In this document: one piece after another, positions 1 to 9,221 of the stretch | Layout: the number at the start of each line of letters is the position of its first letter | How positions within the stretch are numbered: position 1 is the first letter of the stretch | Source: a virus | Taxonomy: Duplodnaviria; Caudoviricetes | Virus record (IMG/VR): IMGVR_UViG_3300037499_000079 | Location: 1 to 30,586 of that record | Length of the DNA stretch: 30,586 bases | Strand: one strand, 5' to 3' | Notes under the pieces: model-generated | Seen by the model: the letters and a program-made list of their open reading frames with translations, nothing else | What the model was told of the DNA's origin: nothing | Database searches by the model: none | Made by a program: the position numbers and the translations under genes

Positions 1-2
1 TC

Positions 3-131
3 GGACTGCTGGCGATCGGCGTCGTGTTCGGCACCCTCAGCCTGGGCGGGCACTTCTGGTACGCGCTGATCGCGTCGTGTGCGCTGGCGGCGGCATGGCT
101 GCTGCGGGTCGATGTGGCATCCGCAGGCTGA
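3..131 (+). CDS. 3' end of a membrane protein (partial, begins outside window)
   Basis: Open frame GLLAIGVVFGTLSLGGHFWYALIASCALAAAWLLRVDVASAG* with two hydrophobic stretches and GC-rich third positions; translated by hand. Confidence 0.55.
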   Translation, partial: GLLAIGVVFGTLSLGGHFWYALIASCALAAAWLLRVDVASAG

Positions 132-240
132 GTCGGATCCTCCCGACTGGGAGGGTCACTGGCTCACCCGACTGCTGATCCCGTGGGTCTACCCGCTCGG
201 GATGATCGCGCTCGGCATCGTGCTGCTCATGTCCCGATGA
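112..240 (+). CDS. Small 42-aa membrane protein
   Basis: ATG at 112, MWHPQAESDPPDWEGHWLTRLLIPWVYPLGMIALGIVLLMSR*, one hydrophobic segment; converges on the last tail gene. Confidence 0.4.
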   Translation: MWHPQAESDPPDWEGHWLTRLLIPWVYPLGMIALGIVLLMSR

Positions 241-838
241 GCCGGTAGCCGATCGACTGCGGGCAGATCAGATTGCCGGGGGTGCTGGTCTTGGTGGCCT
301 GAACCTGCAGCTCCAGGGTTGAGGCGTCGAGGACAGCGTTGATGGCCTGGTCGTGGTTGACCCAGTTGCTGCCGGTGTCGGGGCCGGTGCCGGTCGAGAA
401 CGAGGCAACTGCGTTACTGGCATTGGCTGCGTCACGGCGCTGCAGTTCGAGCGTCCAGAAGGCCGAGCCGCTGCTGGTGCCGTTGATGAAGGTGGCGATG
501 TGCCAGGTGGTCAGGTACATGCCGAGCTCCTGTCGCACGGGCCACCGTCCAGTGCCGCCGGAGGCCGACAGGGAGGCTGCCACGTCCACGAACCCGATGC
601 CGAGATCGAACTCCTGGAGAGTCAACCAACGGGTGCCATCGTAGAAAAAGAGGCGATTCTGGTCGGTCCGATAGAACAGGTCGTCGGCCGTGGGCGAGCC
701 GGGAAACGAGGTCCCCTCCGGCACGCCGCTGCTGGCGGGATCAACGTAGAGGTGCGTGCCAGCCGCGGTGTTCCACACCGGGATCTTGCCATTGGCGCGG
801 TCGGTGATATCAACGTCGATCAGGCGCACGTCAGCCAT
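227..838 (-). CDS. Tail fibre / receptor-binding-like structural protein
   Basis: Follows the tail-tip gene with an AGGAG RBS; FPGSPTADDLFYRTDQNRLFFYDGTRW is a typical fibre shaft motif, followed by a beta-rich C-terminal domain. Confidence 0.7.
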   Translation of the reverse strand: MADVRLIDVDITDRANGKIPVWNTAAGTHLYVDPASSGVPEGTSFPGSPTADDLFYRTDQNRLFFYDGTRWLTLQEFDLGIGFVDVAASLSASGGTGRWPVRQELGMYLTTWHIATFINGTSSGSAFWTLELQRRDAANASNAVASFSTGTGPDTGSNWVNHDQAINAVLDASTLELQVQATKTSTPGNLICPQSIGYRLIGT

Positions 839-848
839 CGGTCACTCC

Positions 849-3800
849 TTATGGGTTGTAGGGAACGACCGCGAAGTCGCCCACATCTGGGTCAAAGGCG
901 AGAATCGCCTCTTCGCCTGCCGTCACACCGGCGCTGTTGTAGTACGGGCCATCGGCGTCGTATCCCCAGTTCGAGGCAAGCGAGATCACCACGTCGGCTC
1001 CCGAGTCGTCGTAGGTGGGCGTTCCTGCGTCGACTGTCAGCAGCCTGCGACCGGCTGCGGCAACGTCTGCCCCGAGCTCCTGAAGCGCAGCCTCTACCTC
1101 GGTCCCAGTGAAGTAGCCACCTGCATCCGCGACCGACACGGCCGAGGCGTCGTGGGCATCGGCGGCGTCGGCTAGGTGATCGCCGATCCCGGTCGGTACA
1201 TCATTGCCGGGGAAGGCCAGCGTCTCGGCCAGCGCATCGGCGAAGAACTGGTGACCGGCGGCAGTGGGATGCACCAGGTCAGCGTTGATCAGGCCCAGCG
1301 TGGTGGCCGGCGCCACCGAGCCCATCCGCTCGTCGATGTTGACGAAGATGATGTCGTCCGCGGCATCCGCCAGCGCGACCATGGCCGCGATGTAGTCGTC
1401 CCACGACTCGGCCGGTGGGCTAGGGTCGGTTGGTTCGAAGCTCGCCATCAGCACGAACGAGGGGTCGATGGTGCAGACCGCTCGGATGTCGCTGATGATC
1501 TCCGCGATGTCGGCGGAGAAGGAGGCGGACGAGATGTCGTTGCGCCAGTCGTTGACGCCGAGCGTGATGATGACCAGATCGGGCTGCACCGTCTCGAGGC
1601 TGTCGAGCCACACCGACGAGGCGGTGTAGTCGGACGCCTTGTAGCCACCGTGGCCGGCCTCCCACATGCGAATCCCGGCCGCCTCGTCACCGTCGTAGAC
1701 CATCACGCCTTCGACGATGGCGGTGCCCGACACGCCAGCGATGACGATCTCATGAGTGCCCACGGACAGGCCGGTGATCGAGGTGACATGGCCGCCCTCG
1801 GTGGTACCGGCCGTGCTGACGTTGGTCGCGCTGCCGCCGTCGATCGCGTAGCTGAACGTGCCGCCGCCGGAGACCTGCGCCCACAGGATGTCGAAGGCGG
1901 TCGCCTCGAACTCGGCGGTCAGGCTGTCGCCCGATTGCAGCTCTGCCGAGCGGCGCCCCAGCCCGTAGGTCGTGTTCAGGACGACGCTGCCGCCCTCGGT
2001 CCAGGCGGTGGCAGTGGTGCCGCCATGCAGGGCCGCACGGTAGCCGACCCCGCCGGTGATCGAGGCTGGCTGCGTGTGCCCGCGCAGCTGGTCGAGCAGG
2101 CGTGAGGTCCAGCGGGCAGGCAGAGATCCCGCGATACCACCCTCGGTGATCGAGTCGCCGATGGCCACGATGTCGACCGGAGTGGTAGCCCGCTTGGCGC
2201 AGGCAGCGCGGAAGGTGAGCAGCTCGGGCGCGGTGAGGGGGACGCTGCCTGCCTCGTCGAGTATCTCCTCCAGCGCGGCTTGCACGTCGGTTGCAGCGAT
2301 TGTCTCGAATGGCACGACGCTGACGGCGCTGGCGGGATGCGACTCGGCCGCATCCCGCAGCAGCAGCTCGTCATGGGTATGACCGTGGTCGCAGCGCGCG
2401 GCGGTGGAATCGGTGCCCGAAAGCCCGGTCCCTTCCCATAGCTCGAACTGCTCGACGTCCCAGTCGGCGGTTCCCCCGCTTACGGCCCGGAACAGCCAGT
2501 AGCGATAGGAGACCGCAGCAAAGAAGGTCCGTCCGCTGTCGTTGTAGGCGAGCGGGCCAGTGAAGGTCGTGACCAGTGTCCAGTCGTTGGCGGCCGGATC
2601 AGCGACCAGCTTGCCCGTGGGCAGCCACGTCCACGCCGCCGAGTCGTTCGAGCCGTAGATGCGAACCTCGGTCGCGACGTTCTGGATGGTCGGGGCCAGT
2701 CCACCCTGCTGCAGGATGCGGTATTCGTTGGGCGACCGTGCCGTCCCCATATCGCCTGCCCAGTAGGCTTCCGCAACACCGATCGCAGGGTCGCCAGAGC
2801 CCTCGCCCCATGGGGTGTCGTCGTCAGCATCGTTGGCGTTCGTCGCCGGTGCGCCGGTGTCCCCGGTGCTGGATGACTTGAGAGAGCCGATGGTGAGCCC
2901 GAACAGGCGATCGACGGCGCGGTCGCCGCACAGCCGCGGGTTGGGCGGGTGGGTATGTGCTCCGACCGGCTGCACCTGGAAGGCGCGGGACTCGAGGCTG
3001 CTGAAAGCACTGCCCAGGTCGATCCATGCATCCCAATCGCTGCCAGGACGTAGCTTCAGGCTGATAGCGGCAACCTTCTGCTCGGTCTCATCCCAGTCCC
3101 ATTGGCCGGTGCCGTTGTGCAGCGTACCGGTGTCGTCTAGCAGGATGTCCTCGAAGGGCAGGTAGGAGCCGCTGGCCGGGTCAGTACCGAGCACCATCCG
3201 CAGGCGCACCGTGTCGCCCGCATCCGCTCGAGCTAGCAACTGTGCGGCCCCGATCGCGGCCAGTGAGGCGCAGTTTGGATCGGTGACCTGATAGCCGCCC
3301 TCCCACACCAAGTCGGCGGCGGGGTCGTTGACCCACTGGAAGATGTCGCCATTGCCGACCAGCAGATCCGAGCGCTTGATAAGCGCGCCGATGCCGCGCT
3401 TGGCGTCCGACTTGATGTTGCCGGTGGCGATCGTGCCGTCAGTGGGTGCCTGGAAGCGGATGACGTTGGTGCCCCATGCCACCCCCGTCCGATCCCGACC
3501 ATGTGCGGTGGCTGGCCAGGCCGACAACTCGAAAGTGTCAGGATCCATCGAAATGTAGAGTCCCGCCGCCATCAGGCGCTGAATGATGGAGAGCAGATTC
3601 TCGCCAACCTGGGCGGTGATCGAGTTAGTGCCAGTCCATGCATTGCCGTCGGAATCGAGCGTCTGGCTGAAGGTGAGCGTTACATCGGCGATCGGGGCCT
3701 GCGGACGGTTGGGGCTCTGTGCCTCGCTGATCATCCGCCACAAGATCGCGCCGAGCGTCTGGTCGGGGAAGTACCAGATCCCCTCTTCGGGGCCGGGCAG

Positions 3801-4673
3801 ATCAGGGTCGGTCAGCGCGGCGTACACCCCAGCCGGTCCCGGCGTGGCGATTGTCGAGTTCCAGCCGATGATGCTGATGCAGTTGGTGCCGACCGTGAGC
3901 AGTGCGGGATTGATGCCGAAGGTGAAGATCGACTCGTGCTCGAGCGGCGGTTCGTCATTGGCCCCCCGCTCGTCACCACCCACCGTCGCCACCAACGTGC
4001 CGTTGATGTAGACCTCGCAGCCATTGTCGGCCGTGACCAGCAGGGTCGGAGCGGCCGGCACCGTCGGCAGCTCGAACTCCTTGCGGAAGGCCCGCTCCTC
4101 GCCGCTGCCCTGTTCGCCTGCATCCTCCCAGATCCAGCGTGCGCTGCAGCCATCGAACCACCTGGAATCGGTGACCCGCACCGCGTTCGTATAGGTGGAG
4201 TCATCGAAGCCGACGTCATGCCAGCCTGCCGGAACGCTGCCGCTGGCCGTCACCTTCCAAGCGGTGGAGGTCGCGATGCTGGTGAGATACGCTTCGTCGG
4301 CTGCGACGGCACGGCCCAGGTAAGACAGGGCTCCCGCGCCTCCGAAGTTCAGCTTCTTGGTTGAGCGCTCGGTCAGCGCCTCGAACTGGCCGTTCTCGAG
4401 GAAGAAGCCGCCGACCACCTTCTCGCTGAACCCCGACAGGGTGGCCCCATCGCCCACCGCATCGTTGATGCGGACCACCCGGATGTACTGCATCCCAGCC
4501 GGGTCAATCGAGTCAGCATCGGTCGAGCTGCCGCGCAGGATGACCCGCCCGGAACCGGTGCCGTTAGCCTCCCCCTTGTATTCGGCCTGTTGCGGCTTCG
4601 AGAAGCGCCCTGTGCGCGTGCCGTTGACCGGATCAGCGCGGGGGTAGAGGTCGAAGGCGTACTTGATGGCCAC
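849..4673 (-). CDS. Multi-domain tail tip protein (Tal-like hub with jelly-roll insert, discoidin-like domain and SGNH hydrolase)
   Basis: 1274 aa directly after Dit; ARWIW..FRKEFEL..TADNGCEVYING sugar-binding jelly roll; F5/8-type-C-like segment (NANDADDDTPW..YRYWLFR); SGNH blocks GDSIT, GHGG, GVND, DLVH. Confidence 0.8.
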   Translation of the reverse strand: MAIKYAFDLYPRADPVNGTRTGRFSKPQQAEYKGEANGTGSGRVILRGSSTDADSIDPAGMQYIRVVRINDAVGDGATLSGFSEKVVGGFFLENGQFEALTERSTKKLNFGGAGALSYLGRAVAADEAYLTSIATSTAWKVTASGSVPAGWHDVGFDDSTYTNAVRVTDSRWFDGCSARWIWEDAGEQGSGEERAFRKEFELPTVPAAPTLLVTADNGCEVYINGTLVATVGGDERGANDEPPLEHESIFTFGINPALLTVGTNCISIIGWNSTIATPGPAGVYAALTDPDLPGPEEGIWYFPDQTLGAILWRMISEAQSPNRPQAPIADVTLTFSQTLDSDGNAWTGTNSITAQVGENLLSIIQRLMAAGLYISMDPDTFELSAWPATAHGRDRTGVAWGTNVIRFQAPTDGTIATGNIKSDAKRGIGALIKRSDLLVGNGDIFQWVNDPAADLVWEGGYQVTDPNCASLAAIGAAQLLARADAGDTVRLRMVLGTDPASGSYLPFEDILLDDTGTLHNGTGQWDWDETEQKVAAISLKLRPGSDWDAWIDLGSAFSSLESRAFQVQPVGAHTHPPNPRLCGDRAVDRLFGLTIGSLKSSSTGDTGAPATNANDADDDTPWGEGSGDPAIGVAEAYWAGDMGTARSPNEYRILQQGGLAPTIQNVATEVRIYGSNDSAAWTWLPTGKLVADPAANDWTLVTTFTGPLAYNDSGRTFFAAVSYRYWLFRAVSGGTADWDVEQFELWEGTGLSGTDSTAARCDHGHTHDELLLRDAAESHPASAVSVVPFETIAATDVQAALEEILDEAGSVPLTAPELLTFRAACAKRATTPVDIVAIGDSITEGGIAGSLPARWTSRLLDQLRGHTQPASITGGVGYRAALHGGTTATAWTEGGSVVLNTTYGLGRRSAELQSGDSLTAEFEATAFDILWAQVSGGGTFSYAIDGGSATNVSTAGTTEGGHVTSITGLSVGTHEIVIAGVSGTAIVEGVMVYDGDEAAGIRMWEAGHGGYKASDYTASSVWLDSLETVQPDLVIITLGVNDWRNDISSASFSADIAEIISDIRAVCTIDPSFVLMASFEPTDPSPPAESWDDYIAAMVALADAADDIIFVNIDERMGSVAPATTLGLINADLVHPTAAGHQFFADALAETLAFPGNDVPTGIGDHLADAADAHDASAVSVADAGGYFTGTEVEAALQELGADVAAAGRRLLTVDAGTPTYDDSGADVVISLASNWGYDADGPYYNSAGVTAGEEAILAFDPDVGDFAVVPYNP

Positions 4674-4676
4674 CCG

Positions 4677-5171
4677 CTACGAGGCCTCGTCCACGGACCA
4701 CTCGGGCGGGGAGTCGATGCAGGTGAACTGCAGGTCACCCTCCCAGGAGCGGTACCACTCCAGCTCGGCAGGGTCCGGTCCCACCATCCGCATCGGCCGG
4801 CAGTTGGCGAGGGTGGCAAAGTCGCCCACCCCGAGGCCGAAGTGCGGCGGGTAGACCGTGATCGTCACCAGCGCGGTGGGAACCATGACCGTCAGCAGGA
4901 GCGCGTAGCGGGTAGCGAGCGCCTCGCGGATGTCCTGCTCGGTCGAGGGGCTGGTACCGATGACGCCATCGACCAGCCCGTGCAGGGTGACCTCGCGGAT
5001 GTCGGCGATCCACAGCCCAGCAGCCCGTCCCGATGCCTCGGGCACGACGTCGTCCTCGCCGCGGTAGGTGGCCAGCGACTGCAACCCGCCCTGGCGGAAG
5101 GTGAAACGCAGCCCGTTTGACGAGTAGTCGGCGAAGACCTCCTGGCTGGCGATCTTGATCCCGTCGGCCAT
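4677..5171 (-). CDS. Putative distal tail (Dit-like) protein
   Basis: 164 aa directly downstream of the tape measure; RGEDDVVPEASGR..REVTLHG and C-terminal LQFTCIDSP resemble Dit-type proteins. Confidence 0.65.
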   Translation of the reverse strand: MADGIKIASQEVFADYSSNGLRFTFRQGGLQSLATYRGEDDVVPEASGRAAGLWIADIREVTLHGLVDGVIGTSPSTEQDIREALATRYALLLTVMVPTALVTITVYPPHFGLGVGDFATLANCRPMRMVGPDPAELEWYRSWEGDLQFTCIDSPPEWSVDEAS

Positions 5172-8039
5172 TTACTGAAGCCTCCCATCGCCGAACCCAC
5201 TCAGGTCATCGAGGGCGCCGATGAAGTCGTCACGCGTCTCGAAGGTGTACGGCACGCCGTTGACGCTCAGCTGCCAGATGAAGGTGTCGCCCCCGCCCTC
5301 CCGGATCCCGACTGAGGTCGCCGTGGCCTGGGAGGCCATCCCGACAGACGCCACCCCCGGCATGGTCGGCACGCCGATCTGCGGCACGATCGCCAGCGCA
5401 TCGCCGACCGCTGCGACGCGGGAGTCCAGCGCTCGGACGCTGGCCTCGATGGCCGACCCGATGGCGCCCATCCACGCGGTTCCGATGCTGAGGCCCCCGC
5501 GCTCAGCGGCATCACCCTTCAGAGGGCCCCTAGTCGGCAGTGAATGACCGAGCCCGTCACCGGCCAATGCGATCTGGTATTCGAGATCAGTCATGCCACT
5601 GTGGATGCCGGAGATGATGCCCCTGATCCAGGTTGAGCCGATGGTGTAGCCAGCTGGCCCGAGATAGAACGTCAACCCAGTCAGTACCGTTGCCCTGACA
5701 GCATCCAACGCCCGAGAGGTCTTCTCGTTCAGGGCACCCTGCGCGATGCCGCGGATGTAGCCAGCAAGGGCGGTATTGCCCTGACTTTCCAGCACATCGG
5801 CCAGATCAAACTCGTCGGCGATGTTGGTAGCCGGAATCGTGCGGATGTAGGTCAGCAGCGCGTCCAGATTGGAGTTGATGCCAGCCTCAAGCGCCGGGTT
5901 GACCAGCTCCCCTGCCGCTAGCGCACCGGGCGCCATCAGCTCGTATTCCGCGAGCAGCTTCTCCACCCGTTCAGCGGTTTCCGCTCGAACCCTGGAGTCG
6001 TCACTACTGAGCCCGTCGGCAATCAGCTTGCTCGTCAGGATCGCCTCGATCTGGGCTCGCCGCTTGATGTCGGGGAAGGGGTGCAGGATGATCTCCCACA
6101 TCTCCTCCGCCGCGTCAGCCAGCTCGGTCGGGTCAGCTGAGAGGGAGGTGGCGAGAGCGTGGATCATGTCGGTGCCGGCCTTCGCGGCATCCTCGACCGC
6201 CTTCTGCAGCGCCTCATCGATGGGAGCAAGAGCGTCCTCAGCCGCGTCACGGATGACGAACTCGCCATCGACCAGCTCGGCCGCCACGTTCTCGGGAATG
6301 GCCTTGGCGCTGCGGCCGGCCTCGATCGCCGCCATGGCGACCGGTCCACGCGGGCCCCAGCCCCCGAACATGGCCCGGGCCGAGTCCTCCGAGTCGAGCC
6401 CGAGCTGGACCAGCGCCTTGCCGAGGTCGCCGGCAGTGTCATTGAGAGCATCGATCGCTTCGCCGGCATCTCCGCCAGCAGCCTCGATCAGATCCATCGC
6501 GTCGGCGACGGTGTGGCCACTCTTGAAGAACAGCTTGGCGGCCTTCTCGTTCCCAAGGAGCGCTTCGAGCTCCTTGAGGACCTTGGCGGCCTTGCGCCCG
6601 TACTGCAGCTCGTCGAAGAAATCGGCAGCCGCGTCGCCGGCCGCCATCATCCCGATCGTGATCGCCGCGACGACACCGGCCAAGCCGAACATCATCAGCT
6701 TGGCGCGGGCGGCCTGAGTGGCCAGGGCGGGGATGCCCTTGGCGCCCACCAGGACGCCGACCACCTTGAGCAGCGCGCCGAGACCGGTCGTCAGCTTGCC
6801 CACGATCACGAGGACCGGCCCAGCGATCGCCAGCCATGCCAGCGAGCTGATGATCAGGTCCTTGGTGCTCTTGTCGAGCGTCTTCCACCAGCCCGCCACG
6901 CCGCTCACCGCATCGGCGACGTCCCCCAGTACCTCGACCACCATGGGCAACACATCGGTCCCCAGCTCGATCGCCGAGGCCTGCAACTTGGCCAGGTTGC
7001 GGTCGATGTCGCGCTGCGCCCCCTCGGTGTCGGAGTAGGCACCGCTGAGCGTGTCGAGCGCCCCGGCGGTGTCGGCGAAGATACCGTTTAGCTGCTCGGT
7101 GTCGAGTCCCAGCAGGGCGGTAACGCCACGCAGGGCGCGGATGTTGCCGAACACGATGGCGCTGGCATCGGCATTGCCGGCGAAGGCCGTCTCCAGCGTG
7201 CGCAGGGTGGCCAGCAGGCCCTCTTCGCGCAGCTGGCGGCGTAGACCGGCGGACGATAGACCCAGCCCCTCCAGTGCCTCTTCGGCCTCCTTGGTCGGCT
7301 TCTGCAGCGCCGCCATGACCTGACCGAGGTTGGTGGCCGCGGTGTCGGCCGAGATGCCGACCTGGGTCATGGCAGCCAGCGCGGCGGTGACCTGGTCGAA
7401 GCTGACACCGAGCGAGGCCGCAACCGGGACCACGAAGCCGATGACGCCGGCGAAGTCGGACGCCTCGGCGGCGCCGTCCTGGATGGCGGCGGTGAGGATG
7501 TCGCCCGCCCGGGCGGCGGACAGGTTCTCCTTGCCGTAGGCGTTGATGACACCGCCGAGGGTCTTAGCGATGTCCTGCGTCTGGCCCATCCCGGCGGCCG
7601 CGGCGGTGGCGCTGATGCGCAGCACCTCCATCGCCTCGTCGGCCTCGAAGCCGGCGGACGCGACGAAGTAGAAGGCCTCGGCCAGCTCCTGCGGGCTGCG
7701 GCCGATGTCCTGGCCCATCGCCACGATCTCTTCGCGGACGCCGGCGATCGCGTCCTGCGGCACCTTGGCCAGGCCGACGATGCGGCGCATGGTCGTGTCG
7801 AAGTCCAGCGCGAAGTGGGCGACCGCCCCGCCGGCGGCTAGGATCGGCACGGTGACGTTGGTCACCATCGCGTTGCCGACGCCGCTGATCGCCCTGCCGG
7901 CCTTCATCAGGCTGGAGCCGGACTGCTCCGTGAACCGCCCGGCCGCGCGCGCGGCGCCGCTCAGCTTCGAGTGGAAGCGCGAGTCATCGATGTCGAGGTC
8001 GAGCACGCTCCGCCCGAGCGTGCTGTTGCGCCTAGCCAT
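5172..8039 (-). CDS. Tail tape measure protein (TP901-like core)
   Basis: 955 aa, Ala/Gly-rich and helical; SPQELAEAFYFVASAGF..LGVSFDQVTAALAAMTQVG core; canonical position after the chaperones. Confidence 0.93.
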   Translation of the reverse strand: MARRNSTLGRSVLDLDIDDSRFHSKLSGAARAAGRFTEQSGSSLMKAGRAISGVGNAMVTNVTVPILAAGGAVAHFALDFDTTMRRIVGLAKVPQDAIAGVREEIVAMGQDIGRSPQELAEAFYFVASAGFEADEAMEVLRISATAAAAGMGQTQDIAKTLGGVINAYGKENLSAARAGDILTAAIQDGAAEASDFAGVIGFVVPVAASLGVSFDQVTAALAAMTQVGISADTAATNLGQVMAALQKPTKEAEEALEGLGLSSAGLRRQLREEGLLATLRTLETAFAGNADASAIVFGNIRALRGVTALLGLDTEQLNGIFADTAGALDTLSGAYSDTEGAQRDIDRNLAKLQASAIELGTDVLPMVVEVLGDVADAVSGVAGWWKTLDKSTKDLIISSLAWLAIAGPVLVIVGKLTTGLGALLKVVGVLVGAKGIPALATQAARAKLMMFGLAGVVAAITIGMMAAGDAAADFFDELQYGRKAAKVLKELEALLGNEKAAKLFFKSGHTVADAMDLIEAAGGDAGEAIDALNDTAGDLGKALVQLGLDSEDSARAMFGGWGPRGPVAMAAIEAGRSAKAIPENVAAELVDGEFVIRDAAEDALAPIDEALQKAVEDAAKAGTDMIHALATSLSADPTELADAAEEMWEIILHPFPDIKRRAQIEAILTSKLIADGLSSDDSRVRAETAERVEKLLAEYELMAPGALAAGELVNPALEAGINSNLDALLTYIRTIPATNIADEFDLADVLESQGNTALAGYIRGIAQGALNEKTSRALDAVRATVLTGLTFYLGPAGYTIGSTWIRGIISGIHSGMTDLEYQIALAGDGLGHSLPTRGPLKGDAAERGGLSIGTAWMGAIGSAIEASVRALDSRVAAVGDALAIVPQIGVPTMPGVASVGMASQATATSVGIREGGGDTFIWQLSVNGVPYTFETRDDFIGALDDLSGFGDGRLQ

Positions 8040-8295
8040 CCGGCGTGACCTTCTTCACCCTCTTGATGCCGATGCCCAGGCCAGCCATGTGGGCCGCGTA
8101 CTCGCCCGGCCCCTTCGGACGGACGGATGGAACCCGCTGCCCCATCGCGCGCTGCCAGCCGGCTGCGATGCGCCGCCCCTCGCCCTTCCTGAGCGACCCG
8201 GTGCCGACCGCGATGCGGTTGGCAGCCAGCAGCGACTCCTCTGCGCTCAGGCGCGGCAGCTGCTCGGCGTAGGCGTTCAGGAGCGGGGTGGGCAT
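8032..8295 (-). CDS. Tail assembly chaperone, T-like segment (probably expressed by -1 frameshift from the upstream gene)
   Basis: Lies between chaperone G and tape measure; its frame is open upstream and reads PLDLGRLLPRLSRFYPGHIWSDWLSMP under the end of the G gene. Confidence 0.7.
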   Translation of the reverse strand: MPTPLLNAYAEQLPRLSAEESLLAANRIAVGTGSLRKGEGRRIAAGWQRAMGQRVPSVRPKGPGEYAAHMAGLGIGIKRVKKVTPDG

Positions 8296-8297
8296 GC

Positions 8298-8804
8298 TCA
8301 GCCAGTCGCTCCAGATGTGGCCGGGGTAGAAGCGGCTGAGCCGGGGGAGGAGTCGTCCGAGGTCGAGGGGCTCTCGGTCTTTGTCTGCTGCTGCGGCATC
8401 CTCCCCGTCACCGCCGCCGGAAAAGTCAGGAGCAGCTGGAGGTGCTGCTCGAAGGTCAGGCCGTCGAGGACATCACCCGGCGCGTCGAGGATCATCCCGG
8501 AGCACTCGCGCACCAGGCGCAGCATCCGCTTCTGTGCCGCGCGATCGTCGGGAGTGGTCATCAGCCCGCTCGCTTCGGACTGCAGCCGCTGCAGCTTGCT
8601 CAGCGCAGCCAGGCCGAACTCCGATCGCAGCCGCATCGGGTACAGCTGGCGGGTCTCGACGTAGCGCACCGGGAACCAGCGCAGCAGCACGTCGAAGTGG
8701 CGGTGCTTCAGACGCTGCCACCAGCCGTTGGGAGCATTGCGGTTGATCGTGACTAGGGGCCGCTCGGGCTCCAGGTCACCGAGAGTGAGGATCGGCTCCG
8801 GCAT
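8298..8804 (-). CDS. Tail assembly chaperone (G-like)
   Basis: AAGGAG RBS before ATG at 8804 (MPEPILTL); low-complexity SSPGSAASTPAT tail typical of the overlap with a -1 frame. Confidence 0.75.
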   Translation of the reverse strand: MPEPILTLGDLEPERPLVTINRNAPNGWWQRLKHRHFDVLLRWFPVRYVETRQLYPMRLRSEFGLAALSKLQRLQSEASGLMTTPDDRAAQKRMLRLVRECSGMILDAPGDVLDGLTFEQHLQLLLTFPAAVTGRMPQQQTKTESPSTSDDSSPGSAASTPATSGATG

Positions 8805-8991
8805 GGTCTCTGCTCCTTCGCGAGCTCTGACGTGGTTCACGGATGAGGCGGATGCCGACGCGCAGGCAGTCCGCTTCGAGTCGTTCGAGGTCCCTGAGCC
8901 GGCGCGCGGCGGCCTGGCGGTGAAAGCGCACGTCGGCGAGGATCCGTGCGCGCTCGATGGCCGCCGTCTCCGGCGTCAGGGTGTGGATCAC
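8776..8991 (-). CDS. Small hypothetical protein
   Basis: GTGA-coupled to the upstream ORF; 71 aa, Arg-rich and helical; overlaps the chaperone start. Confidence 0.5.
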   Translation of the reverse strand: MIHTLTPETAAIERARILADVRFHRQAAARRLRDLERLEADCLRVGIRLIREPRQSSRRSRDHAGADPHSR

Positions 8992-9221
8992 CGCTTGCCC
9001 AGGCTGAACCCACGGCGGTCCGGAGCCGGGACGTTCTTGCTGAGGGCAGCGGTCAGGCGGAGAGCGCGACCCGAATCGACCGGGACCGCGCTCACCACCT
9101 CGCCCACCTTGCCCAGCTTCCCGTACCGCACGGGTCGGCCGAGCAGCTCCAGTCCAGCCCGTGCCGTCCAGCGACCGTCAGACGGCGCCCCCAGGTGGAA
9201 GGTCACGAGCTGCCGGCTCAT
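8988..9221 (-). CDS. Small hypothetical protein
   Basis: ATGA overlap with the tail tube stop; 77 aa. Confidence 0.55.
   Translation of the reverse strand: MSRQLVTFHLGAPSDGRWTARAGLELLGRPVRYGKLGKVGEVVSAVPVDSGRALRLTAALSKNVPAPDRRGFSLGKR

Noticed and set aside
136-157. Rho-independent terminator
   Set aside because: The hairpin is present but has no U-tract on either strand and lies within a plausible small ORF.
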